DNA of 64,000 nucleotides from Octopus sinensis. Lineage: Eukaryota. Shown one piece after another: positions 39,784 to 53,991 of this stretch (position 1 is the stretch's first letter; the number at the start of each line of letters is the position of its first letter). The stretch is from assembly GCF_006345805.1 (NCBI RefSeq), contig NC_042998.1, positions 152,148,001 through 152,212,000 on the forward strand, given 5' to 3'. A program made the position numbers and the translations under genes. Under the pieces are notes generated by a model. It saw only the letters and a list, made by a program, of their open reading frames with translations, was not told where the DNA came from and did not search any database.

Positions 39784-40442
39784 GGTGGTGGTGGTGGTGG
39801 TGGTAGTGGTGGTAGTGGTGGTGGTGGTGGTGGTGGTGGTGGTGGTGATGGTGATGATGATGATGATGATGATGTGTGATGATGATGATGATGATGATGA
39901 TGATAAAAAATGCCCTGATGCAGTACCGGGCAGTGGCTCTCATAGCTTCTGATCTTAACTGATTGGAAGTGTTATCATCTACATTGGGCTACAGCAAATA
40001 TTCTGCTCAATAATACAGATTTGCTTGTCAGCTGTTTGACCATAACCAGTTGACCATGCCACTTAGTGGCTGACGATATGTGCATCTCTGATCATGAGCA
40101 GAAGTAGTGGGGTGGATTATAGCCGTGTGTTGAAAAGAATTCTTAGAGGTTTGGATAATTCACCTTTGGAAACATGGGTGGTTCATTCAACAACCTTAAG
40201 CAATCCTTATTTAGGGACCTTTTGAGCGGGATAGGCTACTCGACCAGAAGAAAATTCTAACTGGGCCCCACCTGCAAGGTGGTGCGCTGTTTATCTTGAT
40301 ATGAGATCACCATGTCTCGCACATATGGTTGTGATACATATATCTGGTGTACCCTTATCAGACGGGTAGTCATGATGGGTATAGTGGGCTTCGTATATTT
40401 TACTCCAGTGTCACTTTGATGGTATGCACTGCTTTCTCACTC

Positions 40443-40513
<71 letters not shown>

Positions 40514-41994
40514 TGATGATGATGATGATGATAGTGATGATGATGATGCAATATCAGGCAGTAACTCTCATTCCTTCTGATCTTAATTGATTGAAAGTGT
40601 CATGATGTACATTGTTTTGCCGTTGTCTAAAGGATGGGTTACAGCAAATATTCTGCTCAATAATACAGATTTGCTTATCAGTTGCTTGACCTTCGTGGCT
40701 GACGATATGTGCATCTCTGATCACGAGCAGAAGTAATGGGGGAGCATCATATCTATGTATCGATAGGAATTCTTTGAGGTTTAAATAATTCACCTCTGGA
40801 AACATGGATGTTTTGCTCATTATATTTAGACAACCCTTATTCGGGGACTTTTTGAGCGGAGTGGGCTATTTGACATGAAGAAAGTTCTAACTTTGTTCCA
40901 CCTGCAAGGTCATGCACTGTTGATCTTGATATGAGATCACCATGTCACGCACATATGGTTGTAATGCATACGCCTGGTATACCCTATCAGACGGGTAATT
41001 GTGATAGGTATACTGGGCTTCGTATATTTGTACCCTAGTGTCACTCTGATCGTATACGCTGCTAGCGCAAACCTCCGCCGAGGCAACAGCAACGTCCTCT
41101 CAATGATTAGCCAGAGATGATTTTTTTAAAAAGAGATTATCTGAAAATAAACGCGAGTGCTCTCATAAATGAGAATACTAAAAATGAACCCGACCGCTCT
41201 CAAAAATTGATTTCAATAAAGTTTGCAGATCGAATATATTGACAAATAAGTAATGTCGCTGCTGAGAAGGACATTCCACTCTTGAAAGATTCATTATCAT
41301 TGCTTCAAAATTACTAAAAGTGTCAGAGACAATTTTCTTTTGACAACATACCTGACTTCAATATTTAACATCAGAAAACTTTCAACATCTTCAAAATTCT
41401 CAATGTAAATAAATCTATGACACTGCTCAAAAAATGAAGCTGTGTGACATATGTGTGACGTATTTAAATTTGATATTGATTATTTCATTATTTCATACGT
41501 TGTTGGGTTTGCGACAAAATATTTATAAATTACTAGGTGTCTTGTGTTACCTTGTTACCGTTTAACCCCAGGTCAGAGCTCCACCAAAGGCTTTCTACTT
41601 TAATTTCAGTGTATCTATGATTATTTTATTCAACATGTTCATCTTTTTTTTTAAATGAGCATTATTTAAAAGATTTTGTCTTGTATTTCCCCAAGTCGAA
41701 CGATCACGCAGGTAAGGTGCATTTTTATAAACTGTCAAAGGAGCCACGATAATGATTTGTCATCTTAGCCAGTTTATAAACTTCAAGTTGCAATCACAGA
41801 CGTAACTATGTGTATACCATGAAGATGTCCCAATGTGATTTATTCTCTAAACAAGTCAATTTTCTCCTACCAACCAGTGTAGTATATTGTACATTTAATT
41901 ATTAAATCTTTCGTCACTACGTCAGCAAATACACTAAGCGAGTTGGTGCGCGCGCGCGTGTGTGTTCATGCGTGAGCAATGCTGATGAACCAGC

Positions 41995-44230
41995 TATGCT
42001 AATGATAAAAATGTATTACAGGCGGTCAAGGACCCTAATGGCATGCTAAAACAGCAGAGAGACCAGAATGTGATATACAAATGGGGCGATGAAAATAGTA
42101 TACAGTTCAATGCTGAGAATGGGCGTGCTGGCGGCTGCGCTGCAGTAGCAGGACGCGAAAATGTAGTGGAAACGGTTAAGCAACTGGAAGTCAGAGAAGT
42201 GACTAGATTTGGAGACAGTGAAGAGTAGCAGAAGGTTGTTAAAAGGAGAAGGAGCAAAACTGAAATTAATACTATCAGAGGAATTAACAAGGAACAGAGA
42301 TAGAAAGACATTAATATACAGAACCCTTTCTCTAGTAACCAAAAAATCGAAATGGCAAAAGCGGAAGAGTTAGAAAGATGCCTAAAAAAGACAAGTAGTA
42401 ATATTGAATTCTACTGTAGAGACAGGAAATTTGGCACAGTGGAGGTGCGCTTCTCGACAGTGGAGGAAGCAGCAAGACACTCCACAGTAGCCTTAAAATC
42501 AGAGAAATGGGCACTACTGCCAACTTACTTCGGAAAGCGAGTAGCAATGTAAGAATTGGCAGAGTGCCCCAGAAATCAACGAAATATGGCTGCTGGTAGC
42601 CATCCTGATGGACATGATAGAAGACCCGCAAGTACTACAAGTGAGCCGCACGAAACAGCTAGATTGATGGGGATATGTCCTAGAGGTCATAATTCAGGCC
42701 ACCATTAGTGATCTCCAAGAAATAACAGAGGTTGCGTGTGGTAATGGAGGGAAGACCCCCACATGTTATCACTGCGAAGAGAAGGGTCGCATTAAGGCAA
42801 ACTGCCCCCTTCTCGATAAGCAGACATCAACGGAGGTGACACAAGAAGAAACCAGTAGCAGCGAGAAGCCGAAGGAAGATACAGAGGAAGTAGACACAGA
42901 CGAAGTGCACACACAAAATCAGAAGAGAAAAGAAAGCAAGAATTCCCCGCCCCCTAAGAACTCTAAGCAATAGAAGAGAAAAGAACAGAGTGACATACAA
43001 ACGCCCACACCGCAATTAACTCACATAAACACACCAAACAGTTGAGAATCCCCAACCAAACTTTACACCTACATGTACATACAGTCCAGTAACCCCATTA
43101 AAAGCACTCACAGACACTTCACGTACTCGAAAGAATTCCGACAAGACAGATTCACTAATCGATTCCACACAAGACACACAAGAAAGGAAAAAGTTAAAAA
43201 CAGCATATGTAACACCTTTACTTGGACAAATGCAGTTATCGAAGAAAAAATAGAGAAGATGAAGACAGTTATTAGTGTCAGAGAAGATGAAAACATTAAA
43301 GTTCCAGGAATGTATCGTAATTGACAGTAAAAATTTTAAAAAAATTAAAAGCCAACTTTGGTGATGAAATAAACCCATTAGGAGCAGGAATAAAATATTA
43401 CGAACATTTGCCACCTGTGGTGGATTTTGAAACACTGAAACTACTGTATAACTTATTAGATATTCAGTGAAAGTTTGATTTAAAATAGATTTTAAATGAT
43501 ACTACTCGGAAGTGGGGTCGAGTAGTAGCCATTACATCTTCATTATATAATTTCATATCATTCATCCGTCTATGTTTTTGTCCCCAATTGTGCTGTCTTG
43601 CCTGTCCTTGTTCGTCCCCCACAATATATGCTTTTTATAGGCAAATAACGAGAAAAGTTTAACGCTGAGAAGTTTCAAGCATTCCGCTATCAGCCCACAA
43701 ACAGACTCCAATCGAAATACACAGAACTATGGGCTAGTGGAATCTCAGAGTCAGAGTCAGTGCATGACCTGATTATCCATATTAGTAATGATGCAACACT
43801 TCCTTTGCATTTTACCAAGATGGACTATGTAGGCAAATAGCTGGATGGATTCTTAGATCATTCAGAACCCCGACTAGATTACTGCTCCTAACTGTGGTCA
43901 CAGCAGAGCTTCAAAATGGTGACGAAACCTTAGACAATCCAGTTCCACTACACAAACAAGATCGACTGGGTGCAACAGAAAAGCTACTGGGAACTGAAGC
44001 TCAACTCCCAAGAGAGGAGGCTGAAAGATGTGCAGTGATATACCTATAGAAAATCTTGGAAGGTCTGGCTCCTAACTTTGGAACTGAAGTTATACCAACC
44101 ACCGAACATTGCATAGTGCCAAAGCTCTCTGTCTTCCCCATCTTGAATATTGTAACAACTTGGGTTTGAAGGGTCTACAACTTACTGAGTGTGTCATTCA
44201 TAAATCTGGAGCTGCAAAATAACTTTGATG
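41995..44230 (+). mobile_element. CR1/Jockey-like RT remnants (41995-42120 and 43636-44230) flanking a gag-like insert
   Basis: YANDKNVLQAVKDP...IYKWGDENSIQFNAE; FNAEKFQ; KILEGLAPNFG. Confidence 0.55.
42300..43360 (+). pseudogene. LINE ORF1/gag-like remnant with a CCHC-type zinc knuckle
   Basis: CYHCEEKGRIKANCP at 42764-42805 (Cx2Cx4Hx4C with H changed to R), followed by a basic low-complexity tail. Stops and frameshifts present. Confidence 0.6.
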
Positions 44231-44313
44231 TATTCGTTACAGAGGTGTAATGGAAGAGTGTGTCGTGCATCTGTATGTATGTTGACGCGCATCTGTTCTT
44301 GTATATGTATGTA

Positions 44314-44387
<74 letters not shown>

Positions 44388-44614
44388 GACCTCCTTAAGA
44401 GTTCATAATCATTCACAGTACTGCACACAACTCTTTAGTTTGTGTTCAGCAATAATGAACTTATATCGCTAAAATCTTGTATTTCATTTGCTAACTATAC
44501 GTACACACATATAGGCAATATTTCAATACATACATACATACATATCCATATCATACAAACATATCCATATCATACAAACATATACATACATACATACATA
44601 CATACATACATACA

Positions 44615-44645
<31 letters not shown>

Positions 44646-44914
44646 GTATATACATCACATATCCATACGTATATAGACAGACACATATCTATCCCAACAT
44701 ATATATGTGCTTACATGTAACCATATACACATACACCCAAACACAAGCAAATATATATACGCGTGCAGTCGTGTATGTAGATATGTTTACGTGTGTTACA
44801 CACATATACACACATACATACACACATCTGTACGCATATGTATGTTTGTTTGTCTGTCTGTCTGAATGTATGTATGTTTGTTTGTCTGTCTGTCTGAATG
44901 TATGTATGTATATA

Positions 44915-44947
<33 letters not shown>

Positions 44948-45726
44948 ACATATATATACATATGCATACATAAATCTATAAGCGCGTTTGTGCGTGCGTG
45001 CATGTGTGCGTGTATGTGTGTTTGTGTGTCCATGCATATTTATGTATATGAATGCATGCTGTGTATGTATTGCTCCAGTGTTTGCGTATATATGTTTATA
45101 CAGCAGCAGTATGACAGAATGACGACCGAATCTTTGACAGTTCATTGTTATGAAGGATTATGTTGTCCTCTATGACAATATCTGTTTGTCTGCCTCTTTG
45201 TCTGTCTGTTAGTCTCTGTGTCGTGTCTGGCCCAGCACCATTCAACCTGTCTGACCTCTTCATCTGTCTCTTGACCTTCATTCTATTCAAATCATGCGCA
45301 CTCCGCCTTTTCTTCCCTCACCAAACTACGAATCATTCGCCACCGTCTCGTCTACACAGACACACATCACACATATATACACGTACACTCACACACACAC
45401 ACATATGCACACATACATAGATAAACACATAAATACATACTCTTGTGTCAAAACTTGCGTGAATTTCCATATTCACTCGCTCTCTCGCTCTCTCTCTCCC
45501 TCCTTCTCTCTCCTTCTCTCTCCATCTCTCTTTCTCTCTCTCTCTATCTCTGCTCGAAATACGAGACTAGAAAAACAGCCAACAACTGATGAAGGGTCGT
45601 TCTTTATGTTGTTTGTCTTGTTTTCCATCTGTGTCTTTCGTTGTTCGAAAAAATAGTTCATACTCCGTGTACTCGTACTTCGTATGTTTTTGTTGTACAT
45701 GTTTCGTGACATCCTAAGCTGACATA

Positions 45727-45798
<72 letters not shown>

Positions 45799-46010
45799 CG
45801 TATAGATGTAAGTATGCACATATATGTATGTATATATACATATATAAGTATAAATTATATATATATGTATATATGTATGTATGCATGTATATATACATAT
45901 ATACACATGTGCATATACATGCATACATTTACATACATAGACAGACGCGCACTCATACACAAATATAAGTTTGTATACTATAATATATATATATATAAAT
46001 ACATAGTTAG

Positions 46011-46099
<89 letters not shown>

Positions 46100-46724
46100 T
46101 AGACAGACAAACAGACATAGTGAGTGTGTGCGTGCGTATGTGTATGTATGTGTGTGTATGTGTGTGTGAGTGTGTGTATACGTACATGCCGCGCATATAT
46201 CCATGAACATATATACATATTTACATACCATTCACAATCCATACATAAATATATACCATACATACAGCCATGATCAATATACAAACAACGACGTAAATCT
46301 AAATTCAACAGAAAAGTAATCCATAAAGTAACATAAGTCATCGCTCCTCCGTCTTAAATTTAGTTGTATGTGGTTGAGTATTCCACAGACATTGTACTAT
46401 TTGTATAATTCCTAAAGAAAATCAGCGTGATACTGCAATAAGACTGTACCATTAGAATAACTGGAACGCTTCAGTAGTTTCTTGGTATATTTATATACTA
46501 GCAATGCATCACGGTGTTGCCTGCATGTTATGATATACCGCTATATCGTATTATTTGTGCCTTTCTTATGAGCATAATCAGCACAGCTGATATATAGTGA
46601 ACTGGATTACTGGCGTAATGGAAGTTTTTGTTTGTTTAATAGTGAAGAGGTAGAATGTACACTTTACATGGGTTTGAATGAAAGTGCTTTTTTGTTCTTA
46701 AACTATGTATTGTTTCATCGTATA

Positions 46725-47395
46725 AAAGGGGGTTAAAACGATTTTGTCCAGAAATCACGTTTTCAAAATTTTAGTTCTCCCACCCTACCCCGTCTCCAAC
46801 GTAATTTCTAATTTATAACTTTTTGACAAACTTTCTTTTTTATTCATGTAGAAAAATACAGAAATTACGAATCTGTGAAATATATTAATTTTTTAAAGTT
46901 TAATTTTTTCTTAAAAAAGACTCAATGCCCCTTCCCCCACCTTGCACACGCATCACCTGTCTGCTTTCAAAAAGCTAAAAACACCCAATGTTTCACTTTC
47001 GTCTGTTTCACGCATGCGTAGAATTGTGCTGAAATAGCAGACATAAAAAATATTACAGCTTCACCAGAAAACCCGACATGCTAGAAACAACAGGTAAGCG
47101 ACACTGTTTCTGAAGAAACTTTCCCGCTTTCCAAAAAGCTAAAAGTGAAACATTGGGTGTTTGTAGCTTTTTGAAAGTGGTGAGGTGGTGAGTGGATGTT
47201 TGGGAAGGAGATTTTATTGTTTCTTGAAGAAAAAAAGAAAATAAAAAAATTCTTAAAGATTCGTACTCTTTCTTTTTTCGCTCCGTGAATTACCAAGAAA
47301 AAATTCTAAAAAGTAAAAAATGAACTGGGATGGAAAGGGAGAAAATAAAAATATTGAGAACGTGTCTTTTGAGCTAAATCCTAATTTCCTGTATT
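46725..47395. mobile_element. Old palindromic MITE-like element
   Basis: ctttcaaaaagctaaaaacacccaatgtttcacttt (~46965) is mirrored by aaagtgaaacattgggtgtttgtagctttttgaaag (~47142). Weaker complementarity extends outward. Confidence 0.55.
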
Positions 47396-47698
47396 GAAAG
47401 CATAAAAATTGGAAAAAATTTAGGAAAAAATCAGTGGTGGTGTTCAAATGTCACACTGGAATGCTAGAAACATCAGGCAAACGACATTGTTTCTAAAGAA
47501 ACTTCCCCGCATTGAGAGTATATAAATATACCAAGAAACTTCTGGACCTCTTAAGTTTATATCGAAGATCAGGTTTTTTAATACACTCATTACAAACACG
47601 AATTACACAATAGAAAAAGATAATTTCAATTTAATTTGAGGTGTAATTTTGCGCGTGCACATAGAAAGAAATAACTTAAGTCATACAGAAGTTTTACT

Positions 47699-47786
<88 letters not shown>

Positions 47787-47999
47787 CAAAGGAAGTTATC
47801 TTATGGCATTCTTGCGTTTGAAGCAGGAAAGTTGTCAACTTGACCATATAGTCGATCATATAGGATCATACGATAGTTCGTTAATTTCTGTACAAAAAAT
47901 TAATTTCTTTATGCTTTGAAGACAGTAGACATTGAATGAGAGGAGAAAGTGAAAAGGCGACATTTGCTTTCAAGTGAGAGTAGAAAGTGAAAGAGAGGA

Positions 48000-48665
48000 G
48001 AAAGTGAAAAATATATGTACGTGTATATTAAATGGAAGTGTATGTTGTCATGTATGTATTTTTTGCATGTATGTGTAAGAGGCATTCACACTCTCTCTCC
48101 CTCACACACACACATTATCTTTCATATACACATACATAAATTACATACGCATACATCTTTTTTGTATGTATGTGTGCGTGTTCATGTGTGAGAGAAAGTT
48201 AGTGACTGTATTTCCTATAGAGAAATGGATGTCTTTTACGGTACACATTCATATAGAGAATGTGATGTCATCGTCGTGGTATAAACTGTCGTTTAGGATA
48301 GTTGAATTATAGAAATATTATAATGCTAAATTTTTGTAATGCAAATATGTAAATGAAAATAAAGTTTATTTGTTAGCCGAAAGGTTACTGAATCTTTTAA
48401 TACCCCATTCGTCAAAATCGGCAACTAACGTATTCGTTAATTTCCGTATTTTTTTATTTCTTTATGTTTTGAAGAGAGCAGAAAATGAAAGAGAAGAGAA
48501 AGTGAAAGTGAAAGATCTATGTACGTGTATATAAAATGGACGTGTGTGTGTGTACGTGTGTGTGCGTGTGTGTATGTACGTTGAGCAGAGAGAGAAGGAA
48601 AGAGAGAGTGAGTGAAGGTGTATGTTGCCATATATGTGTAAAGGGTACTCGGTCTCTCTCACTGT

Positions 48666-48701
<36 letters not shown>

Positions 48702-48985
48702 TTTCATATACACATATATAAATACGTATGCATACATCTTTTTTGTATATATGTGTGCGTGTTCGTGTGCATATGAGAGAGAGAGTGATTAACTGTATTT
48801 CCTCATAGCATACAGAGAAATGGATGTCTTTAAAGGTACACACTCATATAAAAAATGTGACATCGTCGTAGTAAAATATTTGTAATGCAAATATGTAAAT
48901 GAAAATAAAGTTTATTTGGTAGTTGTAAGATTACTGAATCTTTTGACACCCCATACAGCAAAATCGGGAACTCAGTTTTCGAATG
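48000..48985. repeat. Diverged tandem duplication of a ~480-bp unit
   Basis: Ordered blocks atgtacgtgtatat, tctttcatatacacata, gagaaatggatgtcttt, tgtaatgcaaatatgtaaatgaaaataaagtttatttg and ttactgaatctttt each occur twice. Confidence 0.8.
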
Positions 48986-49050
48986 CATAAGAAATATACA
49001 CACGCACGCAGTCTCGCACGCACACACGCATACACACACACACACACACA

Positions 49051-49116
<66 letters not shown>

Positions 49117-49662
49117 TACAAACTCTCTTTTATGTGTATGGAAGTGTCAGCCCCCGTCATTACGCCATATTTCCCTGAACCTAACATTTTTGCACCCCTC
49201 TCATTTTATCATGTAACAACCCAAACCCTGTAGTCGGTCTATTATCAATTTTTATTGAAATCCAGTTAGCCTATAAATGAACTGGATGTTAGTTCAACAT
49301 GAGAAGATTGGTTCCCTGGTTTGGGCAGAAGATGGTAACAGACAGACAGACAGACAGAAATCGCCATTCTCACCCCTATATAAATATGTTATGAATGATT
49401 GAATGCCTTGCTATAATCTAGTTCATGATCTAGTCTATGATGCGATGAGTACATACTATTAATGCTCAAGTCTAATTTGTGCTTTCTCTCCACCTTTAAA
49501 TAACTGGGATGTTATAGTTGCCAAAATCAAGATTGGCCATAAGCAATCAACCGATCGAGCTGGTATGTGTATAACAGAACAGAAGCATAAGGAGGTACAC
49601 AACTAGCAAGTGTGCGTGACTGTATGTGTGTGTGCGTGTGTCTGTGTGTGTGCGTGTACGAA

Positions 49663-49705
<43 letters not shown>

Positions 49706-49809
49706 AGGAGAAGTAACAGAGTGATTCAAAGCCCGAGAGTTTCGTGCGTTGGTACTTACTAAACGCATTATGTTACTTCTGCTAAATATCATTAAAAATA
49801 TATGCATAC

Positions 49810-49886
<77 letters not shown>

Positions 49887-49896
49887 CAGGCATATA

Positions 49897-49947
<51 letters not shown>

Positions 49948-50252
49948 GCATAGATGTGTAAGCGTGTGTACACACATAATTATTTGAGTCAGAAATTGTA
50001 CTAATACCTAGAGGCAATCTTGATCTTCCACTTAATGTGGAACCTGTACTGCTTCTTTTGCTATAAATTAAATTTTAATAACGAAGGTGGCTAGTCGCAA
50101 TATAAGACCAAAAACAAAAAAATTCAGTTGTCACTAATAGTGACTGGGGGTGCAGGGTTGTACCTACATTGATAGAAACTAGAGTCAAAGACAGCCATAA
50201 AAAGCACATTCTACGTACTGACAAGGGATATAATCGCACCAGAGCGAGCGAG

Positions 50253-50306
50253 ATCACTAAACTAGCAACCTAGTTTCGCATGGAATTAAAGCTTGTCAGC
50301 AGTGAC
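50253..50306 (-). ncRNA. Degenerate type I hammerhead with core CTGACAA
   Basis: Reverse complement: gtcactg-CTGACAA-gc-tttaattccat-gc-GAAA-ctag-gttg-ctag-TT-tagtgat. Stems I and III are clear; G8 is changed to A. Confidence 0.5.
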
Positions 50307-50353
50307 TACTTCATCGCTGATGGTAAACTTAAATCGTATCTGTCAGGTATTTA

Positions 50354-50430
<77 letters not shown>

Positions 50431-50439
50431 AAAGTTGGT

Positions 50440-51870
50440 TTGTGAAAGCACGTGGTAATGGGCTGCATGGAAATAATCATTTACCAGGAATCTTTATCAA
50501 TCTTTGGAAACCCCCTTTCTCAATACATAAAAGAGAATTGGAAACGATTCTTAGACGATTGTTTTATACTCTGGAATGAAAACACAGATAAACTCCTAAA
50601 ATTTAAAAACCTATTGAACAGCATAAACCCAAATATACAGTTCACAATGGAATACAACCAAAAGGAGCTCCCGTTCTTGGATATACTAATTTAAAAAATT
50701 AACCTTAAAATAGAAACAGACATTTTTTACAAAGCCACAGACGCCAAACAATACCTTCTTTTTAATTCATGCCACCCAAGACACACTAAAACAAACATCC
50801 CCTTCAACCTTGCAAGAAGGATATGCACAATAGTGTCAGAACAAAATACCAGGAACTTTAGACTGCAAGAACTCAAAAACACCCTAATTGACAGACATTA
50901 CCCAACTCAACTTATAGAGGATGGGATCAGACGTGCAACAGAAATCAGCATAGAAACTTTAAGAAAAGTTCAACACAACAACACACCTTCCCCGAACATA
51001 CTACCTTACATATCTACATACAACCCCAGAAACAAAGAAGCCTTCACCATCATCACCCAGAATTTACCAATACTTCATAAGGACCCCAAATTAAAGGAAA
51101 TTCTAAACATACACCAAATCATTAAAAGCTACAAACAACCTAAATCACTTAAAAAGATTCTCGCAAAGGAAAAATGGTTTTCTGAAATTACGGATGCAAA
51201 AGTAAAAAAATGTGGTAGATCGAACTGTGCAACATGTCCAAACCTGCTAGAAGGATCAGAATTCCTCTTTAAAGGGGGACAGAAATTCAAGATCAAATCT
51301 AACTTTACTTGTGCCTCTGAAAACATAATTTATGTCATAAAATGCTCGGGCTGCCACCAAGACTACGTGGGATCCACGGGACTATCACTCAGACGTAGAT
51401 GCACACTGCATCGACAACAGATTGCATTCCCAGAATACAGAATGATACCTTTTAGTGAGCACATTGAGAAATGCGCAAAGCAACTACTACCACAATTTTT
51501 AATCTTTCCATTTTACTAATGTGCTATCGGATCAACAACACAAATTAGACTAAACAAGGAAACATTCTTCATTGAAAAGTACAAGCCCAGACTTAACCAT
51601 GCCAACATACTGATACAGAGAAATTCACACCAAGGGAAAGGAAAACATTTTTAAGTGATTATCTCCCTTACACCGGAAGAAATCACTCATTACCTCCCCT
51701 TATTTAGAACTCTTTTAAACATAAACATAACGATAACTCTATTCAACATAAACATAACGTCGTAAGAAATTTGAAAAGCTAAACGCGAAACCGGTCTTTC
51801 TTCTAAATTATGTCATTGTAAGGAAAAAATTTTTTTTAATATTCTTCAGACATATTGACGCAAATATATA
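50440..51870 (+). mobile_element. 5'-truncated Neptune-like PLE (RT C-terminus plus GIY-YIG) next to (TA)n
   Basis: WKRFLDDCFILW, LPFLDILI*, CGRSNCATC...IIYVIKCSGC...YVGSTG...HRQQI. A different subfamily from the 6720 element. Confidence 0.9.
51764..51802 (+). ncRNA. Minimal hammerhead-like motif with a U3-A8 core (TTGAAAA)
   Basis: aagaaa-t-TTGAAAA-gc-taaac-gc-GAAA-ccgg-TC-tttctt. Palindromic ACCGGT stem III. One extra T before the core. Confidence 0.5.
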
Positions 51871-51937
51871 TATTTTTTAACCTTTAAGCCTTCTGTAGTC
51901 TTTTCACTTTTTACTATTTTCTATATATATATATATA

Positions 51938-51982
<45 letters not shown>

Positions 51983-52537
51983 CAAATTTGTTTTTATTAT
52001 TATTATTATTTTGAATTTAATTTTAAATAACTATGTTCTCTAACCGGCAAAATTCACTGCAGAGAATTATTTTCTACAGAATTAATTCCGGTATTTTAGC
52101 GCACCAAGGCGAAGACTTTTGAAAGACAACCCCAAGTGTAATTGATATAACTGTATACATGTTTAATCTCATGCTGACGTCTTGTGTATAATTCTGCAAT
52201 TTATATTTGCAATAATGAGCTACGGACAACTACGTAAGTAATTTGCGTCAGTGTTAATAGCGAAATCAGTTTATGATTAATCTATATTTTATTTCTTTTC
52301 ATTTGTCTTGCTCGCTTACGTTCTGGCGTTTGCTAAATTTTCGTGAGAGTATTCCTTTCTTAGTGGTAAGACCATAACGGATCTACTCCTAAAATAATGG
52401 ATGTCCACATAGTGGTCATCCCTCTTATATGTATATAATATAATTTTTCTGATTTTAACATGCTAGACCGCTGGTTTTAAATTGATATTAATTAAATTAA
52501 TATTCAATTTTTCACCCTTATTATTTTAAATTTTAAT

Positions 52538-52580
<43 letters not shown>

Positions 52581-52823
52581 TGCATATCCCTTTTATCGTT
52601 TACTTCTTTCGGTCATTAGACTACGCCCACCGTAAAGGATCTTTAGTCAATTGAATCGACCCAAATACTTTTTTTAGCATGGCACTTATTCTATTGGTCG
52701 TTTATGGCCGAACCGCTAACTTACGGAACACCGTTTGCCAAGCAGTAGGTGGAGAGAGAAATACACACACCCAAAGACACATGTATGCACACACAAACAC
52801 GCATACACACACGCACACACACC

Positions 52824-52856
<33 letters not shown>

Positions 52857-52888
52857 TTGTATGTATGTATATGTATATAAAGAACGCG

Positions 52889-52948
<60 letters not shown>

Positions 52949-53991
52949 GACGAGCTCTTTCATTTTCTGTCTACCGAATTCACTGACAAGGTTCAACTTG
53001 TAACCATGTTGTTAGGAAGCAAACTTCTTACCATGCAGCCACGCCTGTTATGTATAACATGCATCTATTAAGAGGTCAGTAAAAGTTCTGATTGTAGAAA
53101 GTTCTTAATAATTGCGATGTTAACAAGGAGACATGACATAGTTTTGTAGATCGGTGAAGGTTATCACAGGTAAAGACTATGAAACTGATAGAAGAAAATT
53201 TGTTGATCGACCGGTACAGCTGTTTCAAGAGTGGTTGTGTAATTGGTGCATGTTGTCTGCATCCAAACATCTTTTGTCACTCACTATGGCTCCTTGCTGA
53301 CAAAAGTCTTTTCTTCTATATAGTTATACAATAACCAGCGTCTTGTCTTGAATTTTAGTACCGAGCTAACTAAGGCATTGTCACTGCCAGCGTTGCGTTT
53401 GCCAAAACTTTGATTCCTATTTGAGCCGGGCTGACCAGAGCTCTTCCTCGTACTTCTACCTTTCGCCTGTTTGTCCTCTAAACTATATTTTACTCTATAT
53501 AGGCTCAGATTGATCAAAGCCTTGTCTTTGCTTTCATCGTGGACTGATCAAAACTTTGTCTCTTGTTAAACACGATTTGACTAAAGTCTTATTTCTTGTT
53601 CGTCCCTGACTGACCAACTACTTGTATACTATTGTAACGTAAGGATGACAAAATCGCGCTTGTCTACTTTAGTTACCTGTTGGCCAAAGCAACGTCTTCC
53701 ACCACAGTGTTGGCTAGAACAATGGTTTGGCTGCCGTTAAAACCGGAGTTCACCTCTTTTGTTTGTAACTCCAGAAAGTCTAAAAATCTGTTACCTGTTA
53801 GAGCCCATCTGACCAAAACTTTGTCTTTTATGTAGTTATGGGATGACCAAAAACTATTTCCTCACGCTTACTACATTCCTCTTTTCTATATATACAGTCC
53901 TGATCTGACCAAGTGTTAACAAGAGTTGTTCAACAAGAGCTGAACAAAGTGTGCATCCAACAAACACCTTGATTCCTACTATAGAAACGGA

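Noticed and set aside
45580-45720. CTGATGA and a minus-strand CGAAACATGT, suggesting hammerheads
   Set aside because: The two halves are on opposite strands and no complete stem set can be built.
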